From an uncultured bacterium (GTDB taxonomy: Bacteria; Omnitrophota; Omnitrophia; Omnitrophales; Aquincolibacteriaceae), in NCBI GenBank assembly GCA_964434115.1, contig CAYSSX010000001.1, positions 165,855-229,854 of the forward strand: DNA of 64,000 nt. Direction: 5' to 3'. The position numbers and the translations under genes were made by a program. The notes beneath the pieces were generated by a model. It had not been told where the DNA came from, searched no databases, and saw only the letters and a list, made by a program, of their open reading frames with translations. Shown here piece by piece: positions 53,454 to 62,659 of the stretch (its first letter is position 1; each line of letters begins with the position of its first letter).

Positions 53454-54746
53454 TTACTTTCTCTCCTGAGTTTTCAGCCAATCTTCCAGACTCATAATTT
53501 TTCTCTCGTCCGGATCAAAGATATGCGTGCAGTTTCTTCCTTGGCGCTTGGATTCCAGAAGCGCAGCGTCTACCCACTTGATCAAAAAGTCGGAGTCGAT
53601 GGAATGAGCGGCTGTTTCCATGGTCACCCCGATGCTGATGGTGATGTGAAGGCCTTCCCCGGAAGACAGAGCCACATAAAGATTCGGATCGGTTTCCATG
53701 TATTGCCTCAGCCGTTCAGCAATTAAGGTGGCCTCATAGAGCTCAACGCCGGGAAGCACGACGCAGAATTCGTCGCCGCCGTAACGGAAAACCAGGGACT
53801 GGCCCGTCACGGTTTCTTTAACGTTCTGAGTCACCAGCTGTAGAATTCTGTCCCCCTGCTGATGCCCCGCCTTGTCGTTGATGGTTTTAAAACCGTCAAC
53901 GTCGAACATAATGATGGAAAAAAAATCCTGGCAGTTTTTATCTTTATAAACATCGGTCGACAGCCAGCGCGTCATGTAGCTTCGGTTGAAGGCGCCGCTG
54001 AGTGTGTCGATCAGGGCCAGGTTTTCCATCCGCTCATAAGCTCTTTTTAAGCGCACCTGATAATCCTGCAGCAGCCGGTTTTCACCTTCCATGCGCTTTT
54101 TAAGTGAAAATTCTTTAAAGCGCATGGTCTCGTTCATTTTGGCGGCGATGACGGCCACCGCGATGTAGAGAGCCAAAAAGGTGTTCGACTTCAGCATCCA
54201 GTCAGACTCGACGGATTCCCGGAGCATGAGGAGTCCCAACGGGTAGAAAAGATAAATGGAAAGACAGATGCAGGTGGTGGCAAAAGCTCCCCACGGCATC
54301 AGGAAACCCATCATGATGAAAAACAAGGTGTAGGTTCCCAGATGATCAATGCTGGTCGGATTTCCGGTAAGCTGAATAAGCGCCGTTGAAGCCCCCACAA
54401 AAATCGCGAGCATCATCGTGAACGCGTAACAGCTTTTTCTGAATTGCGGCAAAAAGCTGAGCGCCCCAAAAAAGAGAAGGACTCCGCTCGCGCAAATCCT
54501 TATTTTGGAAGCGGCTGTCAGCAAATAGTGCCCGCCTCCCTGGGTTAGAAAATCCGAAACCGCGGTGAAGGCAAACAGGGAAAACAAAATGGCCACGCAC
54601 AGGCGGAAGCGAGGGACGGCCAAACGGTCTGTTTCCAATTCAAAAAAGGATTTCAAATCATCCTGCGGAGCGGAATGATCCTTAATGAACCGAACCAGTT
54701 CCTCGCCGACCTTCCCCTCGTCCTTGGCGCGCTTGTTTTTTCCCAT
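53454..54746 (-). CDS. Membrane-anchored diguanylate cyclase (GGDEF domain)
   Basis: RYGGDEF and FDVDGFKTIND with multiple N-terminal transmembrane helices. Its stop codon lies 2 nt from the 3' end of the convergent tRNA-Thr. Confidence 0.85.
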   Translation of the reverse strand: MGKNKRAKDEGKVGEELVRFIKDHSAPQDDLKSFFELETDRLAVPRFRLCVAILFSLFAFTAVSDFLTQGGGHYLLTAASKIRICASGVLLFFGALSFLPQFRKSCYAFTMMLAIFVGASTALIQLTGNPTSIDHLGTYTLFFIMMGFLMPWGAFATTCICLSIYLFYPLGLLMLRESVESDWMLKSNTFLALYIAVAVIAAKMNETMRFKEFSLKKRMEGENRLLQDYQVRLKRAYERMENLALIDTLSGAFNRSYMTRWLSTDVYKDKNCQDFFSIIMFDVDGFKTINDKAGHQQGDRILQLVTQNVKETVTGQSLVFRYGGDEFCVVLPGVELYEATLIAERLRQYMETDPNLYVALSSGEGLHITISIGVTMETAAHSIDSDFLIKWVDAALLESKRQGRNCTHIFDPDERKIMSLEDWLKTQERK

Positions 54747-54751
54747 GGAGC

Positions 54752-54988
54752 TTAGGCGGCTTTCTTCATTGGTGCGGGTTTTGCCTGCGAGGCAAGTAAC
54801 ACGTTTCTTTGCTCCAGCAAAAAAAGAGCATGCTTGGAATAAAGCCCGCCCATGTGCTTCTGGGCGTTTTCAAGCGCGGCGTCCAGTTCGCTCAGGCTTA
54901 ACTTGCTGACCTTGGTGTGATGCTTTTGATGATCTGAAATTTTTACGGGCGCTTCGCTTTCCTGGCTCTTTTCTTTTTCCTTACCCAT
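54752..54988 (-). CDS. Small hypothetical protein (78 aa, K/E-rich N-terminus)
   Basis: ATG at 54988 preceded by GGAGGG. No recognisable domain. It lies upstream of the GGDEF gene in the same orientation. Confidence 0.35.
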   Translation of the reverse strand: MGKEKEKSQESEAPVKISDHQKHHTKVSKLSLSELDAALENAQKHMGGLYSKHALFLLEQRNVLLASQAKPAPMKKAA

Positions 54989-55146
54989 AGTCCCTCCACC
55001 AGCTATCAAGGTTAATCAAGATTGATCAAAATAGACTTCTTTTATGAATATAACCTCTATTTGCTTTTTTTCAAGGGTGGAGAAAGTAAAAGAATCCGAA
55101 AGTCAGATTTTAACTCTATATATTGAAAGGAGTTAGAAATGGCTTC

Positions 55147-55962
55147 TTAAGAGACAGAAGCAAAAGAAAAGGGATACGGAGGGTTTCCAAAGCAAAGAAA
55201 ACCGGGGTTTGTTAAGTCCGGCTTATTATAGAGGAACTCTTTTTTGTCCCATTGAAGGACGCTTCCCCCGGATTCATTGACAATGCAATGGGCGGCGGCG
55301 GTGTCCCATTCCATGGTGGGTCCGATTCTTGGATAAAAATGAGCGGAGCCTTCTGCGACAAGTCCCATTTTGAGGGCGCTTCCCACATTCAGGACCTTGA
55401 CCGGCTTCCATTCCGCAAGCAGACGGTCCATTTTATCCCGGTCGTGGGAGCGGCTTGCCGCCACAATAAGTCCCCCGGCCCGGTAATCTGCGGCGCGGAT
55501 CTTCTGGGTTTGTCCCGAAGGCCCTTTCTTGAATGCGCCCCCTCCGGAAAAAGCCGAGTACACAAAATGGAGTGCGGGCGCGAGCATAACGCCTAAAACA
55601 GGGCGGCTTTTGTGAATCAAACCGATGTTAACCGAAAACTCACCATTGCGATTCACGAATTCTTTGGTGCCGTCCAAGGGATCCACGAGCCAAAAGCTTT
55701 CCCAGTTTTTGCGCTCCTCAAAAGGCGGCGGGGCCGATTCTTCTGAGATCACGGGAATTGCCGGGGTCAATTGCTGTAGACCTTCGGAGATGATTTGATG
55801 GGATTGAGCATCGGCTAGCGTTAACGGAGACCGGTCTTCTTTATAAGTCACGGCAAAATCAGGATGGTGATAAACATCCAGGATGGCGGCACTGGCACGC
55901 TCTGCCAGCTGAACAACTGAGGGAAGGAGCTGGGCGAGAAACTGAGAATCGGGCGCTGCCAT
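55147..55962 (-). CDS. cysQ: 3'(2'),5'-bisphosphate nucleotidase CysQ (inositol monophosphatase family)
   Basis: WLVDPLDGTKEF metal-binding motif. The N-terminus aligns with CysQ. The track ORF starts with a TTG inside the repeat region, so the start is set at the ATG at 55962. Confidence 0.75.
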   Translation of the reverse strand: MAAPDSQFLAQLLPSVVQLAERASAAILDVYHHPDFAVTYKEDRSPLTLADAQSHQIISEGLQQLTPAIPVISEESAPPPFEERKNWESFWLVDPLDGTKEFVNRNGEFSVNIGLIHKSRPVLGVMLAPALHFVYSAFSGGGAFKKGPSGQTQKIRAADYRAGGLIVAASRSHDRDKMDRLLAEWKPVKVLNVGSALKMGLVAEGSAHFYPRIGPTMEWDTAAAHCIVNESGGSVLQWDKKEFLYNKPDLTNPGFLCFGNPPYPFSFASVS

Positions 55963-55996
55963 CACTGCGGCTTCTTTCTCAAAACAGAATTGAATC

Positions 55997-56188
55997 GGGA
56001 TACGGCCGTAAGCCAAATGCTTACGGCATTCCGCTCGGCCCTGACGGCCTTCGCTTCAGGAACCTTCGATTCCCTTTAAAAATAAATGGAGCGGGATACG
56101 GCCGTAAGCCAAATGCTTACGGCATTCCGCTCGGCCCTGACGGCCTTCGCTTCAGGAACCTTCGATTCCCTTTAAAAATAAATGGAGC
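55997..56188. repeat. Two perfect tandem copies of a 96-bp unit directly abutting tRNA-Gly, each ending with a 15-nt copy of the tRNA 3' end plus an 8-bp-stem hairpin
   Basis: The unit is gggatacggccgtaagccaaatgcttacggcattccgctcggccctgacggccttcgcttcaggaaccttcgattccctttaaaaataaatggagc, at 55997-56092 and 56093-56188. It contains the hairpin ccgtaagc-caaat-gcttacgg. In minus orientation it ends in CCGTATCCCGCTCCA, identical to the tRNA-Gly 3' terminus. Confidence 0.9.
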
Positions 56189-56257
56189 GGGATACGGGAA
56201 TCGAACCCGTCTGACCAGCTTGGGAAGCTGGGACATTACCACTATGCTAATCCCGCA
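56184..56257 (-). tRNA. tRNA-Gly (anticodon CCC), 74 nt with encoded CCA
   Basis: Manual fold: acceptor GCGGGAT/ATCCCGC, anticodon stem CCAGC/GCTGG with loop TTCCCAA, T-arm ACGGG-TTCGATT-CCCGT, and CCA. Confidence 0.85.
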
Positions 56258-56301
56258 TGGAGCCTATCTTACACGCCTCGAAAAGAATTGAAAAATGAAA
56301 T

Positions 56302-57231
56302 TTAAAAGGCGCTGGTATGACGGAAAAGTTCAAGCCTCTCATCAAGATCCCGGCGGGAGATCTTGCGGAGCTTTTCCAGCCCAAACTCTTCCACGGCAAA
56401 AGACGCGACAATCGTTCCGTAAGCCGCGGCGCGTTTGATATTCTCAAAAGAGGTATCACCTGTCGAAGCCAAATAGCCCATAAGCCCCCCGGCAAAACTG
56501 TCACCCGCGCCTGTCGGGTCAAAAACACTTTCAAGCGGATAGGCGGGTAAAGCAAAAAAGCGGTTTCCGGCGATGAGCAGAACCCCGTGTTCGCCTTTTT
56601 TAATCACCACGCATTCCGGGCCGTAACCGCGGATGATTTGAGCGGCCCGAACGAGGTTGGGTTCCCCGGTCAGCTGCCGAGCCTCCCCGTCGTTTAACAC
56701 AAACCCGTCAACGCGGGATAAAACTTTGAGCAACTCTTCCTTTTTGCTCGCGATCCAGTAGTTCATGGTGTCGCAGGCGACAAATTTAAGGCGCGGCTTT
56801 GAAAGCTGATCCAAAACCTTGAGCTGAAGAACCGGATCAATGTTCGCGAGAAAAACAAATTCGGGTTCCTGTTTTAAGCTGATTTTGGGGTTAAAGGCCG
56901 CTAAAACGTTCAAATGCGTTTCCAGAGTATTGGCGGAGTTCATGTCGTTTTCATAAAAACCTTTCCAGGCAAAAGTCTTTCCTGAAACGGTTTCGAGGTT
57001 TGACAAATCAATCGGGCGCTCCCCGAGAATGCGGCGGTATTCTTCAGGGAAATCCTCCCCGACCACGCCGACCAGCGCGACTTTCTGAAAAAAACTTGCG
57101 GCGTAAGAAAAATAGGAGGCGGATCCCCCAAAAACTTTTTCGCGGGATCCGAAAGGGGTTCGTATCGAATCAATCGCAACGGTTCCGACCACGACCAAAG
57201 GTTTGCTTGCGACCAGGGTTTCAGCGCTCAT
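56302..57231 (-). CDS. PfkB-family carbohydrate kinase (candidate heptose-7-phosphate kinase, HldA / HldE domain I equivalent)
   Basis: DPTGAGDSFAGG anion-hole motif and a ribokinase-like fold. The start is set at the internal ATG at 57231, 7 nt after the upstream stop. It lies directly downstream of the adenylyltransferase-ThiE gene and gmhA. Confidence 0.75.
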   Translation of the reverse strand: MSAETLVASKPLVVVGTVAIDSIRTPFGSREKVFGGSASYFSYAASFFQKVALVGVVGEDFPEEYRRILGERPIDLSNLETVSGKTFAWKGFYENDMNSANTLETHLNVLAAFNPKISLKQEPEFVFLANIDPVLQLKVLDQLSKPRLKFVACDTMNYWIASKKEELLKVLSRVDGFVLNDGEARQLTGEPNLVRAAQIIRGYGPECVVIKKGEHGVLLIAGNRFFALPAYPLESVFDPTGAGDSFAGGLMGYLASTGDTSFENIKRAAAYGTIVASFAVEEFGLEKLRKISRRDLDERLELFRHTSAF

Positions 57232-58387
57232 GACGGTAAATCCTTTCTGAAAGTTGATGAGCCGCCTGGGCGGGGTTTTTCGCGTCAAAAACGGCGCGCA
57301 CCACAGCCACCCGGACAGCGCCTGCATCCAGCACGCTTTTAAGATTTGATTCGTTAATACCGCCGATGGCGACAAAAGGTTTCTTTATTTCCCGGGCCGC
57401 CTGACGAACAAGCTTGAGTCCGACGGGAATATATCCGGGTTTGGTTGGAGTTGTGAAAACCGGCCCTACGCCGATGTAGTCAACTTCTTCCCGGGCCGTT
57501 TTACGCGCCTGAACAAGACTATGAGTAGACTTCCCAAGATACAGTTTGTGTCCGGCCTTTTTTAAAAGACCGCGAATCGCAGGGACGGGCAGATCATCCT
57601 GACCGATATGCAAACCGTCTGCATGACAGGCCAACGCGATATCGAGACGGTCATTGACGAAAAAAAGCTTTTGATAGCGGTCCGCGAGACGTCTGAGTCC
57701 GATACCCGCGGCCGCGAGTTCTTTATCGGAAATATTTTTTCCCCGCAGCTGGATAATGTCCGCGCCGCCTCGATAGACCGCCTCAGCCTTTTTGAGGAAG
57801 CCCGGAATGGAGTCACCCTGTTTCAGGTCTGAAACAGCGTAAAGGCGGAAATTTTTAAAAACAGTTTCGCGCCAGTCGCTCATTTGCCGGTTTATTTTCT
57901 GCCCGGCTTCGGGATGGGCCAAAATCTTTTCAATCACGCCCGTTGTGGACCGGCCTTTTAAAAAAGTAATGCGTTTTACTTTGCCGCCCCAGGAAAGCAC
58001 TTCCTTGCCGCCGACGATGTCGCCGGTTTTCCAATCCGCTCCCTTGACAAGCACATCGGGACGGGAAGCCAGGATCAGACGGAGGGGGGTCGGATCAGAA
58101 AAAAGCACTACGTAATCCACGCAGGAAAGAGCCGCCAGCACCGCCAGGCGGTCCTTTTCGGAGTTTACGGGCCGATGCGGCCCCTTGTAAGAACGGACCG
58201 AAGCGTCCGTGTTGATTCCGAGGATTAAGACATCACCCAGGGAGCGGGCTTTTTCAAGATACTGAACATGGCCCGCGTGGAGAATGTCGAAGGCCCCGTT
58301 TGTGAAAACAATTTTCTTCTTTTGCTTATGGAGGCGTGCTGCCGTTTTTTGAAGACTTGCGAGGGTGAGAACTTTCAGCTTATTCAT
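57221..58387 (-). CDS. Fusion protein: heptose-1-phosphate adenylyltransferase domain (HldE domain II / RfaE-II, cytidylyltransferase fold) plus thiamine-phosphate synthase domain (ThiE)
   Basis: N-terminus: IVFTNGAFDILHAGHVQYLEKARSLGD...VNSEKDR...VKGADW...GGKV, which matches RfaE domain II. C-terminus: LYAVSD...GADIIQLR...ADGLHIGQDDLP...LGKSTHSL...VDYIGVGPVFTTPTK, which matches ThiE. Confidence 0.8.
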   Translation of the reverse strand: MNKLKVLTLASLQKTAARLHKQKKKIVFTNGAFDILHAGHVQYLEKARSLGDVLILGINTDASVRSYKGPHRPVNSEKDRLAVLAALSCVDYVVLFSDPTPLRLILASRPDVLVKGADWKTGDIVGGKEVLSWGGKVKRITFLKGRSTTGVIEKILAHPEAGQKINRQMSDWRETVFKNFRLYAVSDLKQGDSIPGFLKKAEAVYRGGADIIQLRGKNISDKELAAAGIGLRRLADRYQKLFFVNDRLDIALACHADGLHIGQDDLPVPAIRGLLKKAGHKLYLGKSTHSLVQARKTAREEVDYIGVGPVFTTPTKPGYIPVGLKLVRQAAREIKKPFVAIGGINESNLKSVLDAGAVRVAVVRAVFDAKNPAQAAHQLSERIYRHER

Positions 58388-58959
58388 GAGGCGAAAAGCT
58401 TTTGCTCCACGACTTCCGAAACTGCGTGAAGCGCAGTGATGTGAACCTCTTGAATGTGAGGGGTCTTCGGCGTCTGGGCTTTAAAACAAAGGTCGCAGAT
58501 TTTGGCCAGCTCCCCGCCCGCTTCCCCGGTCAGGCCGATCGTAATGACGCCCTGACTTTTGGCTTGCCGGACCGCCTCAAGAACATTCTTCGAGTTGCCG
58601 CTTGTGGAAATTCCGATCAGCACGTCGCCTTTTTCTCCGAGCCCTTCCACCTGACGGGAAAAAACCCGTTCAAAGCAATAGTCATTGGCCACGGCTGTGA
58701 GAATGGAGGTGTCGGTGGTCAGCGCGATCGCGGGCAGGCTTTTGCGCTCGAGCTTGAAGCGGGCGATAAATTCCGCGGCAATATGCTGGGAATCCGCCGC
58801 GCTTCCGCCGTTACCGCAAAGAAGCAGTTTCCGTCCCTTGCGGAAAGCTTCCACAAGAACCTCGGCAACGGCTTCCAGCGTTTTCATCTGCTCGGGAGTG
58901 AAACTTCTCTCCACGGCCTCGCGGTGATACCCGATGATGCTTTCAAGAGATTTGATCAA
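58384..58959 (-). CDS. gmhA: D-sedoheptulose-7-phosphate isomerase GmhA (SIS domain)
   Basis: LLLCGNGGSAADSQHIAAEF...GDVLIGISTSGNSKNV...IHITALH aligns closely with E. coli GmhA. The start is uncertain; a TTG after the pfk stop or the internal ATG at 58887 are the candidates. Confidence 0.8.
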   Translation of the reverse strand: MIKSLESIIGYHREAVERSFTPEQMKTLEAVAEVLVEAFRKGRKLLLCGNGGSAADSQHIAAEFIARFKLERKSLPAIALTTDTSILTAVANDYCFERVFSRQVEGLGEKGDVLIGISTSGNSKNVLEAVRQAKSQGVITIGLTGEAGGELAKICDLCFKAQTPKTPHIQEVHITALHAVSEVVEQKLFAS

Positions 58960-58963
58960 GCAC

Positions 58964-59989
58964 TCACCCAAAGAAGATTTTAGCCATCTCGTAAAGATCC
59001 GGCGGAACGGTTTTAAGCTTTCCGACAGCTTCTTCAAGACAGACATCCACGACATTGCGGCCTTGCAGACTGACCATGTGGCCGTATTTTTCTGACTTCA
59101 CGAGCTCTACCGCTTTGACTCCGAAGCGTGTTCCGAGAACGCGGTCAAAGGCCGTCGGTGTTCCGCCGCGCTGAATGTGGCCCAGCACAGTGACACGGGT
59201 TTCAAAACCTGTTTTCGCTTCGATGATATCGCCCAGCGTGTTACCGATCCCGCCGAGACGGACATGCCCGAACGCGTCCAGCTTTTCTTCGACAACGACA
59301 TTTTGATTTTGAATCACGGCGCCTTCGGCAACGGCCACAATACTGAAAGTCTTGCCGCGTTGATGGCGCTTTTTAATCAGCTCGCAGACCTGCTCCACAT
59401 CAATGGGAACCTCAGGAATCAAAATCACATCGGCTCCTCCGGCAATCCCTGCTTCAAGAGCAATCCAGCCTGCGTGGCGGCCCATGATCTCAACCACCAT
59501 GACGCGGTTGTGAGATTCGGCCGTGGTGTGCAGACGGTCAATGCATTCCGTAGCGATATTCAATGCCGTGTCGAATCCAAACGTGTAATCCGTGGCGTTG
59601 AGGTCATTGTCGATCGTTTTAGGAACACCGATGACGCGGACGCCTTCTTTATGAAGCTTGTTGGCGGCACCCAGCGTGTCTTCGCCGCCGATGGCAATCA
59701 AGGCGTGAAGATTGTTTTTTGCCATGGTCTCTTTGACCTTGGCGATGTTTTCGGGGGATTTGCAGGGGTTTGTCCGGGATGTGCCGAGAATCGTTCCGCC
59801 CTTCGGAAGAATGCCGGATACGGAGTTCTGATCCAGAATCACGAAATCATTTTCAATCATTCCCCGCCAGCCGTAGCGGAAGCCCAAGGTTTTCCAGTTG
59901 TACATCTGCGCAGTTTTCACAACAGCCCGAATGACCGCGTTTAATCCCGGGCAATCACCACCGCCTGTGAGCACACCAATCTGAGTCAT
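58964..59989 (-). CDS. pfkA: 6-phosphofructokinase (PfkA family; ATP- or PPi-dependent not resolved)
   Basis: GVLTGGGDCPGLNAVIR, IGGEDTLGAA, MGRHAG and GHIQRGG motifs. Confidence 0.9.
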   Translation of the reverse strand: MTQIGVLTGGGDCPGLNAVIRAVVKTAQMYNWKTLGFRYGWRGMIENDFVILDQNSVSGILPKGGTILGTSRTNPCKSPENIAKVKETMAKNNLHALIAIGGEDTLGAANKLHKEGVRVIGVPKTIDNDLNATDYTFGFDTALNIATECIDRLHTTAESHNRVMVVEIMGRHAGWIALEAGIAGGADVILIPEVPIDVEQVCELIKKRHQRGKTFSIVAVAEGAVIQNQNVVVEEKLDAFGHVRLGGIGNTLGDIIEAKTGFETRVTVLGHIQRGGTPTAFDRVLGTRFGVKAVELVKSEKYGHMVSLQGRNVVDVCLEEAVGKLKTVPPDLYEMAKIFFG

Positions 59990-60022
59990 GACAACATCCT
60001 CCTTAAATAAAGTAATGAGAAA

Positions 60023-60604
60023 TTATACTGAAACAGGTTTATCGTTTTTATCTTCTTGGCTCTGACGGTCACCCTCATAATCCTCGATGCGCTGAACGTC
60101 ACAGAGAATTTCAAAGCGGTTATCCGGGCCGAGCATCTTGCGCAGGCGGTCTCCAATTTCATCCTGAATTTCCGCCAAAAGCTTGGGAACCCCGCCGCCT
60201 GACCAAAGCACCAGACGGAGTTTGATTTCCAGATCTTTTCCGTGGATCAACGTTTTGGCCTTCCACTCCTTGACCATGTGGATCCGCTTCAAAACCTTTT
60301 TGATGACGTCTTCAACGGCCGTCACGGAAATGATCATCGGGCCCGATTCGCCCTGATAGATAATCGCGTCTGATTCGCGCCCTTTTTTGACCAGCATCCT
60401 TGAAAAGATCAAGCCCACGGTAATAAACAAAATCCCGATAAATCCAAGATGCAGGGATTGGACGGGATTTTCATAAACTTCCCGAAGTTTGAAAATCGCA
60501 TCTTCCAGACTCAGGACATGGAGCGCGACAATCATCAAGAGACTGCCCAGCGTCAAAAAAGCAAAGATGGCAAAGATCTGAGCAAAAACATTAATCACTT
60601 TCAT
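60023..60604 (-). CDS. Asp23/AmaP-like membrane-anchored stress protein (tentative)
   Basis: N-terminal transmembrane helices followed by an Asp23-like region (VTAVEDVIKKVLKRI...). Low-confidence family call. Confidence 0.35.
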   Translation of the reverse strand: MKVINVFAQIFAIFAFLTLGSLLMIVALHVLSLEDAIFKLREVYENPVQSLHLGFIGILFITVGLIFSRMLVKKGRESDAIIYQGESGPMIISVTAVEDVIKKVLKRIHMVKEWKAKTLIHGKDLEIKLRLVLWSGGGVPKLLAEIQDEIGDRLRKMLGPDNRFEILCDVQRIEDYEGDRQSQEDKNDKPVSV

Positions 60605-60613
60605 AAGCGCACA

Positions 60614-61996
60614 TTACCCCGTCTTCTTGTCGTGCGGCTTTGGCTTATCGTGGTGATCCATAAGATGGGTCTCAATAAAGTTGGTGCTCACAGCGCCTTG
60701 TCTGAAACGCGGACGGTTCAGGATTTTTTCATGGATCGGAACGGTAGTTTTAATGGGGCCGATTGTGGTCTCTTTGAGCGCCCGCAGCATGACCTGGATC
60801 GCCTCGGTTCTGTCTTTCCCGTAGGCGATAAATTTGGCCAGCATGGAATCATAAAACGGCGGCATGTTGTAACCCGCGTAACCGTGGCTGTCGACGCGGA
60901 TATGCGGTCCGCCCGGAACAATCCAGGTATCGATTTTCCCCGGCGAGGGGCGGAAATCGTTGTCGGGATCTTCCGCATTAATGCGGCATTCGATCGCATG
61001 CCCTTTGAATTGGACCTTGTCCTGAGTAAAGCTTAATTTTTCACCGGCCGCGATCCGGATTTGTTCTTTGACAATGTCGATTCCGGTAATCATTTCCGTG
61101 ACCGGATGCTCCACCTGCAAACGGGTATTTATTTCCATGAAATAGAATTCGCCGCCTTCATCCACGAGAAACTCGACAGTTCCGGCGTTTTCATACTTGA
61201 ACGCCTTCGCGGCTTTGATCGCGGCTTCTCCGATTCTTTTGCGCAGCTTGGGATCAAACCCCATGGCCGGAGCTTCTTCAATCAGTTTTTGATGGCGGCG
61301 TTGAACCGAGCAATCGCGCTCCCCTAAGTGGACGACATTCCCTTTGCTGTCGGCAATGATCTGAACTTCGATGTGGCGTGGATTTTTGATCAGCTTTTCA
61401 ATATAGACTTCACGGTTTCCGAAAGCAGCCTCGGCTTCTGCCTGGGCTGTGAGAAATGCACTGATGAGTTTGCCGTCGTTGTGCGCCGGTTTAATCCCCT
61501 TGCCGCCGCCGCCCGCCGCGGCCTTGACCATGACGGGATAACCGATTTTTTTAGCCAGGCGAAGGGCCTCTTCCTGGTCTTTAACGCCGCCTTGGCTCCC
61601 GGGAATAATCGGAACTCCGACCTTCCGCATTTCTTCGCGGGCAATGGACTTGTGTCCGGCCATGCGGATGGAGTTGGGTTTTGGGCCAATGAATTTGATC
61701 TGGCAAGATTCACAGATTTCGGCGAAGTGCGCGTTTTCCGCCAAAAAACCATAGCCGGGATGAATCGCTTCAACGTCGGCAATTTCGGCGGCGGAAATCA
61801 AGGAGGGAATGTTGAGGTAGCTCTGGCTCGAGGGGGCTTCTCCGATGCAGATCGCTTCATCAGCGAGTTTTACATGAAGGGATTCCCGGTCTGCTTTTGA
61901 AAAAACGGCGACCGTGCGGATTCCCATCTCACGGCACGCGCGGATGATTCGCACTGCGACTTCACCGCGGTTGGCAATCATAATTTTATGAAACAT
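60614..61996 (-). CDS. accC: Acetyl-CoA carboxylase biotin carboxylase subunit
   Basis: [26 protein letters not shown]..., the ATP-grasp domain and [14 protein letters not shown]. Confidence 0.95.
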   Translation of the reverse strand: MFHKIMIANRGEVAVRIIRACREMGIRTVAVFSKADRESLHVKLADEAICIGEAPSSQSYLNIPSLISAAEIADVEAIHPGYGFLAENAHFAEICESCQIKFIGPKPNSIRMAGHKSIAREEMRKVGVPIIPGSQGGVKDQEEALRLAKKIGYPVMVKAAAGGGGKGIKPAHNDGKLISAFLTAQAEAEAAFGNREVYIEKLIKNPRHIEVQIIADSKGNVVHLGERDCSVQRRHQKLIEEAPAMGFDPKLRKRIGEAAIKAAKAFKYENAGTVEFLVDEGGEFYFMEINTRLQVEHPVTEMITGIDIVKEQIRIAAGEKLSFTQDKVQFKGHAIECRINAEDPDNDFRPSPGKIDTWIVPGGPHIRVDSHGYAGYNMPPFYDSMLAKFIAYGKDRTEAIQVMLRALKETTIGPIKTTVPIHEKILNRPRFRQGAVSTNFIETHLMDHHDKPKPHDKKTG

Positions 61997-62054
61997 GGCA
62001 CCCTATTAGGTTGGTGGTTTTCAAGAAAGTCGAAATGGAAAACAAAAGCGGCCG

Positions 62055-62519
62055 TTAGGATGTCTTCCGGATACGGAACAGCGGCTGATCAAATTCAAGA
62101 GGCTCCCCGTTTTTAACCAGGATTTCCTCGATCACACCGCCGACGTCTGATTTGATTTCATTCATCAACTTCATGGCTTCCACAATACAGAGGACATCGC
62201 CGGGCTTAATGGTCTGCCCCGCAGTGATGTAAGCGGGCTGATCCGGGGCCGGTGATGCGTAAAAGGTCCCAACCATGGGTGATTTAATGAAGGTCCCCCC
62301 GGCGTTACCCGCGGCGGGAGCTTCGGATGGGGCTGGAGAGTCCTGAACCTGGGGAATCCTGGCTGCTGTGCGGACAGCCTGAAGAACAGGTTCCGCGATA
62401 ATCTGCCCCGCAGCATTCTTCTTCAGTTTGAGCTTAATGCCCTCTTTTTCGATTTCAATTTCGCAAAGATCATGCTCTTTCATCAAAGCGAGAATTTCTT
62501 TAATTTCCTTAATGTTCAT
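62055..62519 (-). CDS. accB: Acetyl-CoA carboxylase biotin carboxyl carrier protein
   Basis: EAMKLMNEI biotinyl-Lys motif and an Ala/Pro-rich linker. The start is the ATG at 62519, preceded by AGGGGA. The track's N-terminal extension is spurious. Confidence 0.9.
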   Translation of the reverse strand: MNIKEIKEILALMKEHDLCEIEIEKEGIKLKLKKNAAGQIIAEPVLQAVRTAARIPQVQDSPAPSEAPAAGNAGGTFIKSPMVGTFYASPAPDQPAYITAGQTIKPGDVLCIVEAMKLMNEIKSDVGGVIEEILVKNGEPLEFDQPLFRIRKTS

Positions 62520-62630
62520 TTCAAATCCCCTGTTGGGCCAAGTTGATCTAAAACACAAATGAGAACGTTGTTTACGAAACTCCTTAAAACTTCCTCCAGG
62601 TCCTTAGCGACAGCTCTAAGGTATCTCTTC

Positions 62631-62659
62631 ATACTAATGACTTTGGGGATAGACGTCAA
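62631..62659 (-). promoter_or_regulatory. Putative sigma70 promoter of accBC (TTGACG-N17-TAGTAT, minus strand) with a roughly 110-nt 5' UTR containing a hairpin
   Basis: The reverse complement of 62654-62659 is TTGACG and that of 62631-62636 is TAGTAT, with a 17-nt spacer. The inverted repeat ccttagcgacagctctaagg at 62602-62621 lies in the leader. Confidence 0.35.

Noticed and set aside
55997-56188. Possible CRISPR array
   Set aside because: There are only two perfectly identical 96-bp units with no intervening unique spacers. The unit length is far above CRISPR repeat size, and no cas genes are present. I classify it as a tandem repeat or tRNA 3'-end duplication.
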